The notes beneath the pieces were generated by a model. It had not been told where the DNA came from. It made no database searches and saw nothing but the letters and a program-made list of their open reading frames with translations. A stretch of DNA of 64,000 bases from the human T2T-CHM13v2.0 reference genome, Homo sapiens. A program made the position numbers and the translations under genes. Positions 11,858-24,681 of this stretch are shown here, in pieces. Location: NCBI RefSeq assembly GCF_009914755.1, contig NC_060933.1; one strand, given 5' to 3'. Each line of letters begins with the position of its first letter. Position 1 is the first letter of the stretch.

Positions 11858-13260
11858 CTAAAAAGAACCCCAGGGACAGGAATGACACTGAAGTTTATCT
11901 TACTACCAAAGTTTTGCTTGAGGAGGGCACAACTAGCAATTACTCAGGAGGGGGATGTATTTTGTGTGTTTGCTTCTGATGGAAAGTAATGGAAGATAAG
12001 TACAAAAGGTCTATTGATCTTGCTCTATTGTGAAACCAAATAGAGTAGCAGGGAAAAAAAAAAAACTCTTCCTTAACATTTAGAAGTCAGAGGACCTGCA
12101 CAACTTCATGTTGTAAGAGAATTTTAGAAATGGAGACTTGTAGTTTGATTGGCAATGAAATGAAACAGCTAATGCTTTAAAATGTTCTCCTCTTTTACTT
12201 GGAGGGGATTACCACATCGTATTTGACAGCTAATTATATTAGGGCAAATATACTAATAGTTATCTTGAATTGGTGCTAAGTGGCTCATTTCTTAGAGGTA
12301 TTGCCTGGTGAAATCATGTGTATTTACTGAAAAGCCCTCCCTAGAAAAAGTTCTGTATAAGTTTCCAAACATAGAGAATGATGGAAAAAATGGTTGTTGC
12401 TATGCTGAGAAGGTGGTAACAGGAGGCAGGTAACATGTTTTCGCATCTTCACCTCTGTTGTTAATGTATGCAGTGGCTCATCAGAGGTAGCTCATGTTAA
12501 TTTATTCCTGCACACCTGTACAGGGCTGGAAGTCAGGTAATCAGACAAGCTAATACTATACATTTCTGCTTTTTAGCTACCGCTAACCCAGAGGCCTACA
12601 AAGGAACAAATTTAGTTCTGGAGACATCAGCAGGTTTTAATACATCAAATACACATGTCTTCCGCCATAGGAATACAGAACTTTCCACATTTAGATGTGG
12701 ACTGATCAAACTAGCAATCGAATGGAAGGTTCACACTTGACACCAATGGTTACCTCATATTTATTTATAAATCACCCTCAGCAAATATAATTTGGTCTTT
12801 AAATTTATTCATATGGCTAAATCATCTTTCTACAACTTGAAGATCAAGCATATATGCTTACCTTTCAGATGAAATTTAAGACAAACCTTGACAACTACTG
12901 GCCACTACTCTGAGAAGAAGAAAGGAACAAAGATAGTAAAACTCATGTAGGATGAAAAAGAGACAATGACTTCTTACTATACAGATCATCTAGTTTCTGA
13001 GTACAAAGTCTTCATTTTAGATGGAATTTTAGAACTGCCAATCATTAAGACAAATATAAATAGATTTTAACATATGAGCCAATGATAAGGAATATTAGGA
13101 AACAGAACAGAGGGTATTTGTTATTTTTCTTCCTGAATAAAAACCAAATGCAACTTATAAATAGGCTTCCCTTCAAAATGGGTGACCTATGCCACTCAGC
13201 TCCTGGGGATCAAAAATCAAGTCAGAGTATGAGAAATGATGAAAGGTAAATTACACCCAC

Positions 13261-13345
13261 CAGCTAATTCTGACTATCACGCTCTCTTCAAGAGAATCTC
13301 CCGTATGAAGACAGCAGGTTCCAGGCCGGTTAGAATTTCCTCTTC
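13261..13345 (-). CDS. BNC2: Candidate 85-nt poison exon giving R-KRKF*
   Basis: Acceptor atctttcctag|GAAGAGG, TAA at 13332-13330, donor CTG|GTGGGT at 13261/13260. Confidence 0.35.
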
Positions 13346-13535
13346 CTAGGAAAGATTTCATATGTATACTTCATAATGGAGGGGCAGCCTCCTGTTCCTT
13401 AACAGAACAGCACCTCAGCAGCAGACAGATCAAGGGATAAACAAGAAGGAGGAAAGGGTCTTTAGAGACTTTCAAAATCTAACACTACACCTTGCTATCA
13501 GGATATACTTGAAGACTTCAGCAGTCACCTTAGAG

Positions 13536-13871
13536 CAGCAGTCCCCAACCTTTTTGGCACCAGGGACCACTTTCATGGAAGACAATTTTTCCACAGATGT
13601 GAGTAGGGGGTATAGTTTTGGGATGATTCAATGATTCAGGCACGTTACATTTATCATTAGATTCTCATAAGGAGTACGCAGCCTAGATCCCTCACATGCA
13701 CATTTCACAATAGGGTTTGCACTCCTGTGAGAATCTAATGCCACCACTGACAGGAGGTGGAGCTCAGGCAGTAATGCTCACCCACCCACCACTCACCTCC
13801 TGCTGTGCAGCCTGGTTCCTAACAGGCCATGGACCAGTACTAGTCTGCAGCCCCGGGGTTGGGGACCCCTG
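13536..13871 (-). mobile_element. MER1B (hAT-Charlie DNA transposon)
   Basis: TIRs cagcagtccccaacc / ggttggggacccctg; 8-bp TSD ccttagag (13528-13535) / ctttagag (13872-13879); internal repeat attagattctcata typical of MER1. Confidence 0.9.
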
Positions 13872-16800
13872 CTTTAGAGCATCAGAGTTCTTTACAGAGA
13901 AAATTCTTTACATTTCACTTCTATCACTCAGAATAAAAATTATTCTAACAGCTACCTAGTAACAAAGATGAATCAGACTTTGTGTGTATTAGCTTGCTCT
14001 TTGTCAGTGTGGAATGGTCCTCTTGGCTTCTGAATTTGTTAAACACACACTCATTTACAACTATATAGAAAAGAATAGCTTTGACACTGTTGCTTGGAAT
14101 CTTCAGCCCTAACAAATCTTGCATGTGTCTCTCCCCTTCCTCTGTGTCACTTTACACAAAGAGCATTCTTGCTTTTGAAAAATCTTCAACTTGATCTTAT
14201 AAAATCTAGAAGGACCATAAACAAAGACCTGGAAATCTTTGCTAATTAACTGCCAAACCTAAAAGACACTATTTAACATCTTTCTGCTTTCCATCTTACT
14301 AACATGCCTATCTGGAGACCAAAAATGCAACTACCTCATGTATAACCACTTTGGGAGAAGCCCAGGCAGACCTGTGTAAAACTCCTCCAAGGTGTTCGAA
14401 TCATGAAGAAGTCTGCTTTCGTAAACAGAAGGAAGAGGGCAATTCTGTTAGCTTTATGACAGGAATCCTAGAAACCCTATAGCCCTGCACACTTCAGCCC
14501 CCACTCAAAATCCCCTCTAATGCTTTATTTGCACAAGGAAGACATTGTGGAGTCAAGGATGGATGAAACTGAGACTCTGGGGAGAGGAAAGAAATGGGCC
14601 TGAGGACAGCAGGATTAAAGACAAAGGAGGGTTTCTGTTTGAGAAGGTCTGTTGGCTCAAGAAAAAGGTAAGAAAACTTGTCTTAGCTTCACAGCAAATT
14701 AAAAGGGAAAAACCAAGGAGATAAAATTCCTGGGGTTCTCGTGACTAACAAAGTAAAAGTGAAGAGACAGGAGAAGGTAAGTCTAAGAGACAGATCAGAG
14801 ATGTAATCCAAGAGGCTTTGTGAATAATGAGATTAAATCACAGGTTGACATTCATTGACAAAATAACAATAAAAGGCTAAAACAGGAATACAATTATGTT
14901 TCACAGTTCACTCTGCTGAGCTGCAGGAAGAGGCAGGCACCCCAATGGCATCACTGGTTATTTGGTGTAGCTAAACTCATAACATTATATTAATTCAAGT
15001 CATAGACTCAACCAAGATGAACACTTTTCTTAAGAAAATATAATGTCAAAATTAAAGTATCAGAACTTGTGTGTTTCTAACCTAAGATCAAAAGAGTTGC
15101 ATATTGTTAAAAAGCAAAATTTCAAGTGAGAATAAAAAAAGTTTTTATTCTACAATGTTTGCAATTTGCTTTTTCATTTATCTTATGTGACAAAGCTCCA
15201 AAATGAAAAAGACTGGGCATACTGTGATTTCAGCCAAATGAAATGTATCAACTGTCTTCTGAAGCTTGCTATCTTCTATGTGACTGAACACCCTGGGAGC
15301 ACATCTGTACTCTTCTTCCCACCTAGAATATCCTCGTCATCCTAGACGCGGGTCTAAACGTATATATGGCTAGTCACTCACTAAAATCCTGATACCTACA
15401 ATAAAAATGAAGACTGAAATATTTTCCTGCTATCAATAAATGTTTTTCCTCAGATAAACCAACAAGCAGTACCTCAACAGTGCCTCCCTATGTGTTAAGA
15501 CATAAATATACAAGCGCTTGCGTTTTCTAGGAATTTTACATAAATGAAGGCTTCAAACACTGGGTGTGTAGCCTTTTGGTCTCACAGCTATTTATTCCAG
15601 TGCTGTGACTTGCAATATTTTCAGCAAACCAACTAAAACTGTGACAGGAATTCATGCAATTAAGCTTAAATTTTGGCTTGTCTTCAAACACTCCATTTCC
15701 ATAAATATTTTATGCAGGTTTTCATGAGTCTTTTATTTTTGTTTAAAAAAATACAATGCATTAACCTCGTTATTAGTAGTGTACTATCTCAAATTTAAAA
15801 GAATGAATATTACTGACAACTTGGAGGAGGTTGGGTACAGTATTTTATTATTCAAAATATAGCTATCTTATCTGATGCATTCTGGGACTGTCAATGATAA
15901 CTTGGAACTGAAATAACGTTGTGACTATAAACCATGTTTACAGAACAAAGTAAATGGGGGTGGGAAAATCATTAAAAAAATGGTTTCTCCTCAAACCATG
16001 TTTTGGGTTGTATAAGAAAGTTACTTATTTTTCTTAAATATTTTGCTTTTCAAAGATTGGCCCCCTTTTATTTCAGTAGAAAGGAAAAAAATATTCTTCA
16101 AACTTTTATTTTAAAAAGGATTGATCTCCAAATATGAAGACAAAACTGAATATTCCAGGGACAGGACACTACTTTTCAGTGGTACTTTTAATGTTACTTT
16201 GCCAAAGAACTCTACACAATTGACAAGCACTAGAATTACTGCTTACTATTGGTGGCTCTGTAGAAACTTTCTAGTTAATTTTAATGTGTTTCTTCCATTG
16301 ATTTCCACCATGTTATAAAATTTTCTCTAAAATATTTTTAGAAGACAATGTAGAACCAAAAACCGCATCTGATATAATGGGAATAACTAACTGCTGTGTG
16401 ACCCGAGTTGGGCTGGTGGTGTATTATGTACGTGATCTGCTCACAAGCTTATCTGAACAAATGCAGGATAACCGCACTATCCTGCCACTGACCACCTTGA
16501 CACATTCCATTTATACTGCATTTTCTTGAGGATTAATAAAGAACCTTGTAGGTTTAGGACCATCTGCTTCTGCTTAAGCCCAACTGTTTCAGAGCTGCAA
16601 CTACATAGCAAGAGTGTGATGTCATCTGAAGGCTGGACATAATATATTCGTGCTGATCCTCAAAGTATATGCATGCCTCCCCTTCTGTGCATAATCCGCA
16701 TGGTAGACTATAGTTTAGAGATGTGCTCAAAGACATTATGAAGTTAAGATAAAGAAACCCACACGACCATACCATTTTCCCACATCAACAATTACATCTA

Positions 16801-16878
16801 TCCCATTTCCTTCTGATATTTTCACAACTCTTAAAGAATTCAAGGACACACTAAATACTCATGTAAGGAATGATAACA

Positions 16879-16957
16879 TTACTGGTTATACCTACGGAGA
16901 TGCAGGCTGTCTCGATGTCCTGGACCTATGGTTCTTTCCATCCGTAAATTTCTGTTT
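16879..16957 (-). CDS. BNC2: Candidate alternative exon R-NRNLRMERTIGPGHRDSLHLRRYNQ*, or a 66/60-nt in-frame cassette
   Basis: Tandem acceptors tatag|AAACAG|AAATTT 6 nt apart; TAA at 16881-16879; internal donor TAG|GTATAA at 16892/16891 preserves phase 2. Confidence 0.55.
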
Positions 16958-17412
16958 CTATATTGGATAAATATGTGTGTATGAAGATAATATACTGATT
17001 TAATTAAAAAGCCACATGGCAAAGCAGAAATATAAATATATAAATATATATATAACAGAAGCTGTGGCTTCTAAGTGAAGGTTCACGGGGAAGCAGGGAA
17101 CCGTGTACATAGTTAACTTATTCACACCTAGATGCATGAAAACACATACACACACGTATACACAGAGCACAGAGAAAAATGGCGTGCATTACGGGTAAGA
17201 TGGCACATGATTCTGCATGCTTAATCATCACAAGCACCAACTGCAACAATCCTTCATGAGCATGGCAGCCTAGTTATCACATGATCACTGTGGACAATCT
17301 TTACAGTGCACCAAAAACATCTAAGTTGGATTTCTTTTAGTGTGAAGTCCAACATGACTGAAAACTGGCACCCTCCACCCCCAGCAGGAGCAGCCAATGG
17401 AGATTTACTGAC

Positions 17413-19382
17413 CTGTCTCGGCTTCGGCGAGAGGGGAATGCAGCATTGCAACCAGCCACTGTGCAGACGTGCATCTCTTTCAAGTGAACGTTCCTGTAGT
17501 GAAGTTTCACACTGTAGGAGCTTTTGAAACTCTTCTTGCACACATAACAGATTTTGGGGTCTGGGCTAGAACATAGGTCACCTTCTGGGGAGAACTTTTG
17601 AGGGCTGCCATAATTCAGAGACGATGTAAAGCTCTCATGCAAGGCGGCCATGCTGGCACCCCCACCATTGTACAGTCCATACTGGCTCATGTAAAACATG
17701 TCGTAAGTGGGGTCTGTAAATTCTTCCTTCACCTTGATGACGTCCTGGTGAGAGGGCTCACTGTGGTTCTCATCAGGCCTCTCACTATTCATCAGGACTT
17801 TTTCACTCACTTCGCTGTGAATGTGCTCATCCCCTTCCATGGATTCCTCGCCCAGTTTGGGCTCCGAAGACTCAGACTCGTTCTCATAGTCCCGCTCAGG
17901 TTCTTGGTCTTCAGAAGTCATGCTGTCGGCCCTCCTTATTTCAGTCCTTGAAATGCACCGGGTCCTGTTATGCTTAGAAAAGTCCTTCACAGACATGCCT
18001 GGGCTCATCTCCTCTTGGGAGTGACAATGATTGTCATGGCTCATGTCATTGACCACAGCTCCACCATCATTGGGGTCATCATCTTCATCATCAAACTCAT
18101 CGGCGGTATCAATAATTTCCTTCTCAATCTTCACAGGCATGCTTGACTTCCTGGGCTTTTTCTTGGGTGCCAGGTCAGCACTGGGCTCATGGGTGGCCAT
18201 CATCACTGCTGGCACTACTGGCTCAGAGGGTGGCGGGGGGTGCTGCTCTATGGTACCACTGGTTGGAATGATGGGACTGGTTGGGAGGGAGGTTGGAGGA
18301 CTCACCATTTCCCCTGGAGTGAGTAAACTTCTATAAAATGGAGGAACTGGTTGTACAGTCTTTAGCCCAGAAAATACTAGCTGGCTAGGGAGAGGATTTT
18401 GCAAGACAGGGTCTAGAGGGGGAGTGGTAAAACCCATTGGGGGTCGGCCAGGGCTTGTGAGTGCCAGATTTGATTTTGTACTTGCTATGACAGGGGTGGC
18501 AGCTCCTGAGGTGGCCCGAATTAAATCTTTATCTCGGTTATTCCTTAGCATAGGCATGTGAAGGCGAGGATTGGGGTTTGCACTGTGGCGATTACGACTT
18601 CGGAGGGAGCTAAAGACCATGTTGCAACCTTCAATGGTGCATCGATGTTTGATCTTCAGGTGAACAGCATTGTAATGAATTTTGAGAGTACCTTTGTCAT
18701 AGAATGTCTTCCCACATGCATTACAGAACACTCTTCCTTTCCTAGAGGCTGACCCCATCCTTCTCATCCGATGAATCCGGAATGAGCTTTTTGGGTGTTC
18801 AGTTTTGGTTAGATCACTGACTGGGGCAGAATTCTGAATGGGAGAGACACAGGCTGGCTCGGTTTTGGGCTCCACATTAGTAATGCTGGTCAGGGCATTT
18901 CTATTGGGTGTTTGATCATTCTTATAAGGTGTGGGAGAAACTTCGGATTCGCTGCTCTCATTATATTCATTCTGAGTTGAAAGGCTGGGTTCCCGCAGCC
19001 TCAACCCTGGTTGCTCTAACAGTAGCCCATTTGGAGGCAACCCTAGCAGTGGTGCTGAGACAGGGTTTATGTACTGGAATGGAAGCAGAAATGCAAGGCT
19101 GTTTGGGATGTTTTCGAAGTGATGAATGCTGGAAGGATTGCTGTTCTCTAAGTGAGCAAGGAGGCTGGGACTCCTGGTGCGATTATTGCTCTCAATGAAA
19201 GTCCTTATATCTGAGTCTGTCTTTGAAGATGGTACAGCCACGGCCTGCCCTTCTTTCTCCTGAATTGCCATCAGCTCCACAATGGATTTGGTTTCTCCAA
19301 ACCGCAGAAACTGCTGAAGGGTGATGATTTCCTCTTCTCGAGACATGATGGCCCAGCGGTCCAGCACCTTGCCAGCAGCATC
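17413..19382 (-). CDS. BNC2: Basonuclin-2 large internal exon (1970 nt): ZF1-ZF2, NLS PKKKPRK, acidic region, ZF3, N-terminal part of ZF4
   Basis: Acceptor tgtttctttgatgtggcctctag|GATGCTGCTGGC (phase 0, [18 protein letters not shown]); open frame of 656 codons+2 nt; motifs [90 protein letters not shown]. Basonuclin paired-finger architecture. Confidence 0.97.
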
Positions 19383-20564
19383 CTAGAGGCCACATCAAAG
19401 AAACAACAAAGACAAACACAAAAACTTATTGATTGTGCATAATTATTCAATGCAACTGAAGGTGCTCTGTGTGCTCATAAAACACTGAGCAAGAGCAGAA
19501 AACAACATGCAAGCACTGTTAATAAAAGTCAACCCACAAAGCAAACTTTTCTGCCATGCAAATGTAGTAATTAGAGTCACAGTTAGAGAAACAGATTGAG
19601 TTTAATAATGTCAAAGCAAACAAAATGTAGACCACTGGGGCTCTGTGATCTAAAATGCCTTCAGTACTGCTTTTTTAACAACAATGATCTATATACTATG
19701 CAACTATTTAGCATATATTAGTATAAGATGTGAACTCTTGCTGTGAAATCCAATATAAATGAAAAAAATGGTACCTTAGTCCTTATTAAATAGTGATACT
19801 ATAGGAAGGAATTAAGTACTTCTTGTGAAATTTACTTCTTCAACATAAGCAGACATGACACTGGATTCAATGATGAAAATTCCTTTAAATAGGAGTTATG
19901 TGAATTTCTGAATCAAAAAGATGAATAAAGTAGCACTACCCCTCATACCTTGTTACTAAACTGTATCTTTTTTTTTTGAGTGGCTATATTTTAGTATCAT
20001 TTAATAGCAGGCAATTTCATAAGGAAGAGTAAGAAAAACATCACTCATAAAAGGTAATTGTACTTTTCCTGAAAATTGGTTGTAATCCTATGATTCAAAG
20101 TTTGAGTTAGACTTAATGTATTTGACTTTTTATGATCTTGTTATAAATGACAGTCATAGATATTTAAAAAGTAAACATGTGATGGATTTAGACAGAATAA
20201 ATGTGTAAAAAGTTGTCTCTCAGCATCCTCCTCTGATAGCAAAGGGAGTCCACAGAGAATACACATCAGTAATCACCAGACTATGTGTTGTTTAATATAC
20301 ATTAAAAAGCATTTCACACTTTCATTTTTGCCAGTAACTATGAGATTTGCCTGGAGGTAGGACTTTAAAATCCTGCAATGTAATGTCAGGCGATCCATTT
20401 CAGCATGGATTGAGAGAGATCTATTCAAACACTTAAATAATGACTCCATCACTTTCTAGGGCACCATTTCTTCCCATTGGGACAGCACACTTTGTATCCC
20501 TCTGTGAGTGACACTTGCCCTAACCCTGACCATGAATTTAAGAAAGCAAAGAATCTTCTTAAAA

Positions 20565-21470
20565 ACAAAATGACAAGATACTTATTAATTACAAAGGGAA
20601 AATCATAACATTATCGCAAAAAACCTAACAGACCCTACCTTAAAAGGGTGATCGACGTTACCACCGTGAGTAGAAATCACGCCATCATGTTCCGCTTGTT
20701 AGGACACACTAAGAAGGGCACGACATCACTTTTGTGGCATTCTTCTAATGATATGGTTTGGCTGTGTCCCCACCCAAATCTCATCTTGAATTGTAGCTCC
20801 CATAATCCCCAAATGTCATGGGAGGGAGCCGGTGGAAGTTAGTTGAATCATGGGGGTGAGTCTTTCCCGTACTGTTCCTATGACAGTGAGTAAGTCTCAT
20901 GAGATCTGATGGTTTATAAAGGGGAATTCCCCTGCGCATGCTCTTGCCTGCTTCCATGTAAGATGTGACTTTGCTCCTCCTTTGCCTTCTGCCATGATTG
21001 TGGGGCCTCCCCGGCCATGTGGAATTATGAGTCCATTAAAACTCTTTCCTTTATAAATTACCCAGTCTTGGGTATGTCTTTATTAGTACATGGGAATGGA
21101 CAAACACATTGTAAAAATTTTACAACCTCAACTCAATCATCAGAAATCATCAGGCAAACCAAAATTGAGGGGCATTCTACAAAACAGTAGATAGTACTCT
21201 TCAAAGTGTAAAGTTCAGGAAAGATTTATAAAAAATGAAGAATGGTTCCAGATTAGAGGGGACTAATAAAAAATAATTGTGTGATCCTAGACCAGAAAAA
21301 AGACATTAGTGGGAAAATTAGCAACATTTGAATAAAGTCTCTAGATTAGCTAGTAGTAGTATACCCATCTGAATTTTCCGGTTTCAGCCACTGTGCTTTA
21401 TGTAGGATGTTACACTAGGGGAAGCATGATGAGAGGCATAAGGGATCTGTACTGCTTTTGCAAGGGAAAA
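20565..21470 (+). mobile_element. Old L1M (L1MC-like) 3' fragment interrupted by a THE1 LTR
   Basis: Diverged motifs caaaccaaaattgaggggcattctacaaaac and agaaaaaagacattagtgggaaaa on the flanks of the LTR. Confidence 0.6.
20749..21108 (+). mobile_element. Solo THE1 LTR (ERVL-MaLR, THE1B/C-like)
   Basis: Starts tgatatggtttggctgtgtccccacccaaatctcatcttgaattgtagctccc; ends aaattacccagtcttgggtatgtctttattag...aca; about 360 bp. Confidence 0.9.
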
Positions 21471-21959
21471 GTCTCTCCTCAACCTGTGGATGTAAAATTC
21501 TCTCTGAAACACTGCCCTATGGTCTGAATCATCACAGCTAGTTTGATTAAGTGGGTATTTGGCATTTACTTGAATTACTTTTTTAAAAAAGCTCTGATAG
21601 TTATGTGCCCCCCTTTGTAAGGCTCACTCCTAGCATCCTACCATTTTACATAAAGAATATGTGTGAGTACGTGCATGTGGGTGTCCATTCCTATGAAAAC
21701 TGTCAAACACAGATGTCCCTCCTTCATCATGTAGATAGAATTGGCCTTCAGATCAAATACTCTTATACAACTATCTGCTCAGAAGAGTCACATAAGGGTG
21801 CAGGCACATGGCAACCCCAGATGATCCTGAAGTCCGGCCATCGCCATTTTCAAAACCTCACTCACAGCAGTTGGTATCATTCACATTCTGCTTTTGGAAC
21901 AGGGGTAACATGGAAGAATGTTGGTGCTATAGGTAAATAGAGAAATAAGTTGTGACTTT

Positions 21960-22130
21960 AAATACATTATCTCATTTCACCCCTATCGTAACTTCCAGAG
22001 CTCAGAGAACAGATGAGAAATCAGGGGAGAAGAAAGCTAAGATAGGTTGTTAAGGCTGTCAAGATACTAACTGAAGGCCCAGGAGTTGAACACAAAAATT
22101 CTGACTCTAAGTTTAGAGTGTGTCCACAGT
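21960..22130. mobile_element. MIR fragment
   Basis: cattatctcatttc...acagatgagaaa...ctgactctaag core-like similarity. Confidence 0.55.
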
Positions 22131-22901
22131 ACTCAGTGGCTGTCATTCCATGATGCCATTCCCCAGGTAAGCCCATTGAGTCTGTGGTAGTAAAGAGCAG
22201 GACTTCTGAGGAAGTCTTTCTCTAGAGTGCTATAATGTCCTCTTCTATACCATCTTTCTTGTACCATCAAATCTACTCTCTTGAGTGTTCTTTTACAGAG
22301 CCTTTCACTACGGATTAATTTCTCAGGCTGAGCCTCAATCTGAGCAATGTACAGTCATATCTTCCCCAGGTTCTTCCAAGGTAGCCTGTACCTAAATCTA
22401 CATGTCAGTGATATACTTATACAACTGGCAGCCTCTGGCATTAAAATGCACCTCAGAAACCATAGGAACTGATCAGTCCCACCTGAGGCATCTCATTTCC
22501 ATCACCCTTTATCTTCTTTCTCCCTACAGTACAGAGCAGTCCCATATGGTTTCTCCTGGCCCACCACAATGCCCACTACTATTTCTAAAACCACTGCTTT
22601 TCAGATTGTCTTCTAGCGCTTAGTTGCTGTCTCTGCTAAAATGGAGTCTGTTACATTAAACCACTTGCTTCTGGTGAAAGAGATCCAGGTAAGTATGATT
22701 TAGAACTTTGCTAGTTCCTGAATCATAAAAGAGAAGCTTTATTTATAGTGGTAATAGAAGCAGCAATTTATATTTACACAGATAAACAACAAAGCATATT
22801 TGCAAACAAATAGACTTAAGAACGGGACACATAGCTCTATAACACCAAACTAGAGTCCCCTTGATAGTGCCATAGGTGTCCTTTCCAAAGAAGTCATCAT
22901 T

Positions 22902-23197
<296 letters not shown>

Positions 23198-24681
23198 CTA
23201 ATTCACCACATTTATAAATGGAGAGACTGCAACAAGAAACAAATTGATCTTACACAACCTAACAAGTGTGCAAGCTGGATGCTAAGAACGGCTAGCAGTT
23301 TTACTGTATCTTTGACTAACCTCGTTGAAGGGAGTTAGAAAGCATCAAAGGGAAAAAAGAAATGCCAAGTTTTTTTCTGAAGATCTTTGTGATAGAAATA
23401 AGTATGGTTTGGTGCTTTGATTCTGAATCACTAGTTTAAGAGTCTTCTGTGAAGGTAACGACCTCTATGCATGGTCTATATTGCTATTCAAAAATGGACC
23501 AATGTCAGTTGGATGGCTCTTTTCTTTTTTTAACTCATCTGGAACAAAAGTAACCATTTGGAAAATCTGGGACAAGTGGACACTGCTGCAACAACTAAAG
23601 GCATGATACATTTTTTTAGTCAATTTATTTTTATTGTATTTAACTTAAGTATTGGAAAAACTAGTCCTCCTTGCAAACAGTATAAATTGTCAAATAAACT
23701 TTACAAAAGTAAATTGGAGCTATAAAAAGAATTAGGTATTATCGTGGAATAAACACTAATAAAACAAAAATTCAGTCTGTTAGGCTAGGACGAAGATCCC
23801 AACTACCGACCAACTCATGCTGGGCCACTGGTCTTATGCATGAATAATATGTTAACATCAGAGTACATAACTGAACTCTTGGCCCTCCCTGCAATTTTGT
23901 AGCTGGTAAGTCAATTCTTTTAGGTTTTCCCATTTGTAACCAGAGTACAGTGACTTTTAACCCTTCAGGTTGAAAAATGTTATTGACAAAATGAGGATAA
24001 TAAGATTTACCCTGTTAAGTTAAATGCGAGTTATTATCATAAGTGTTGATTTCCTGTGAAAATAACTGGCTATACTGTTAATTAAAAGATGAGTAACACC
24101 AAATAATATAGACTTATAAACCAGTTTTACTGGGTTCAGAAAAAGTATAAAAGACTTAAAATATTTACACCTACACATTTGAAATAAAAAGACTTCCTTT
24201 TGTTACTTCATTGGAACTGGTGATTATCACTTGTAGAAATCTGGCACCCTGTTCCTGTATGGCTCTGCCAAGTGACTTTTTAAAACTTTTTGTTGTAGGA
24301 TCAAATGCATGGTTTAAATGGTTTTATCTGAGTCCTTTCCCACATCAAAGCACTTCAATGATTTATAGTTTTAAAATCAAAGTAAAATAAGGTTGATTGG
24401 TTTCCCTTATTGGGAAAGAGGGATAGTAGGGAAGGAACAGATGTGAAGAGATGGAAGAGAAACCAAATAAGGGGCTTTGGGATAATCAGACTGTCGAGGG
24501 ACCTCAAGCTCAGTCCAACAAGGAGCCCACCTGTGTTCATGGCAGGCTACAACTCACATCACAGCATACAGGAAAACAACTGCTTTCTTTCTGTCCAAGA
24601 ATGGAAGTGAGGAAGAAACACTGGACGCAGCACGGATCTAAGGCCTATGTGCTCCAGTAGTCAAATTGTTAAGAAATAAGC

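Larger units (their letters stand above)
1503..17412 (-). other. BNC2: Last BNC2 intron (GT-AG, phase 2), interrupting zinc finger 4
   Basis: Donor GACAG|GTCAGT at 17413/17412, acceptor AG at 1504-1503; the spliced protein reads [15 protein letters not shown], parallel to ZF2 [14 protein letters not shown] and ZF6 [12 protein letters not shown]. Confidence 0.95.
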
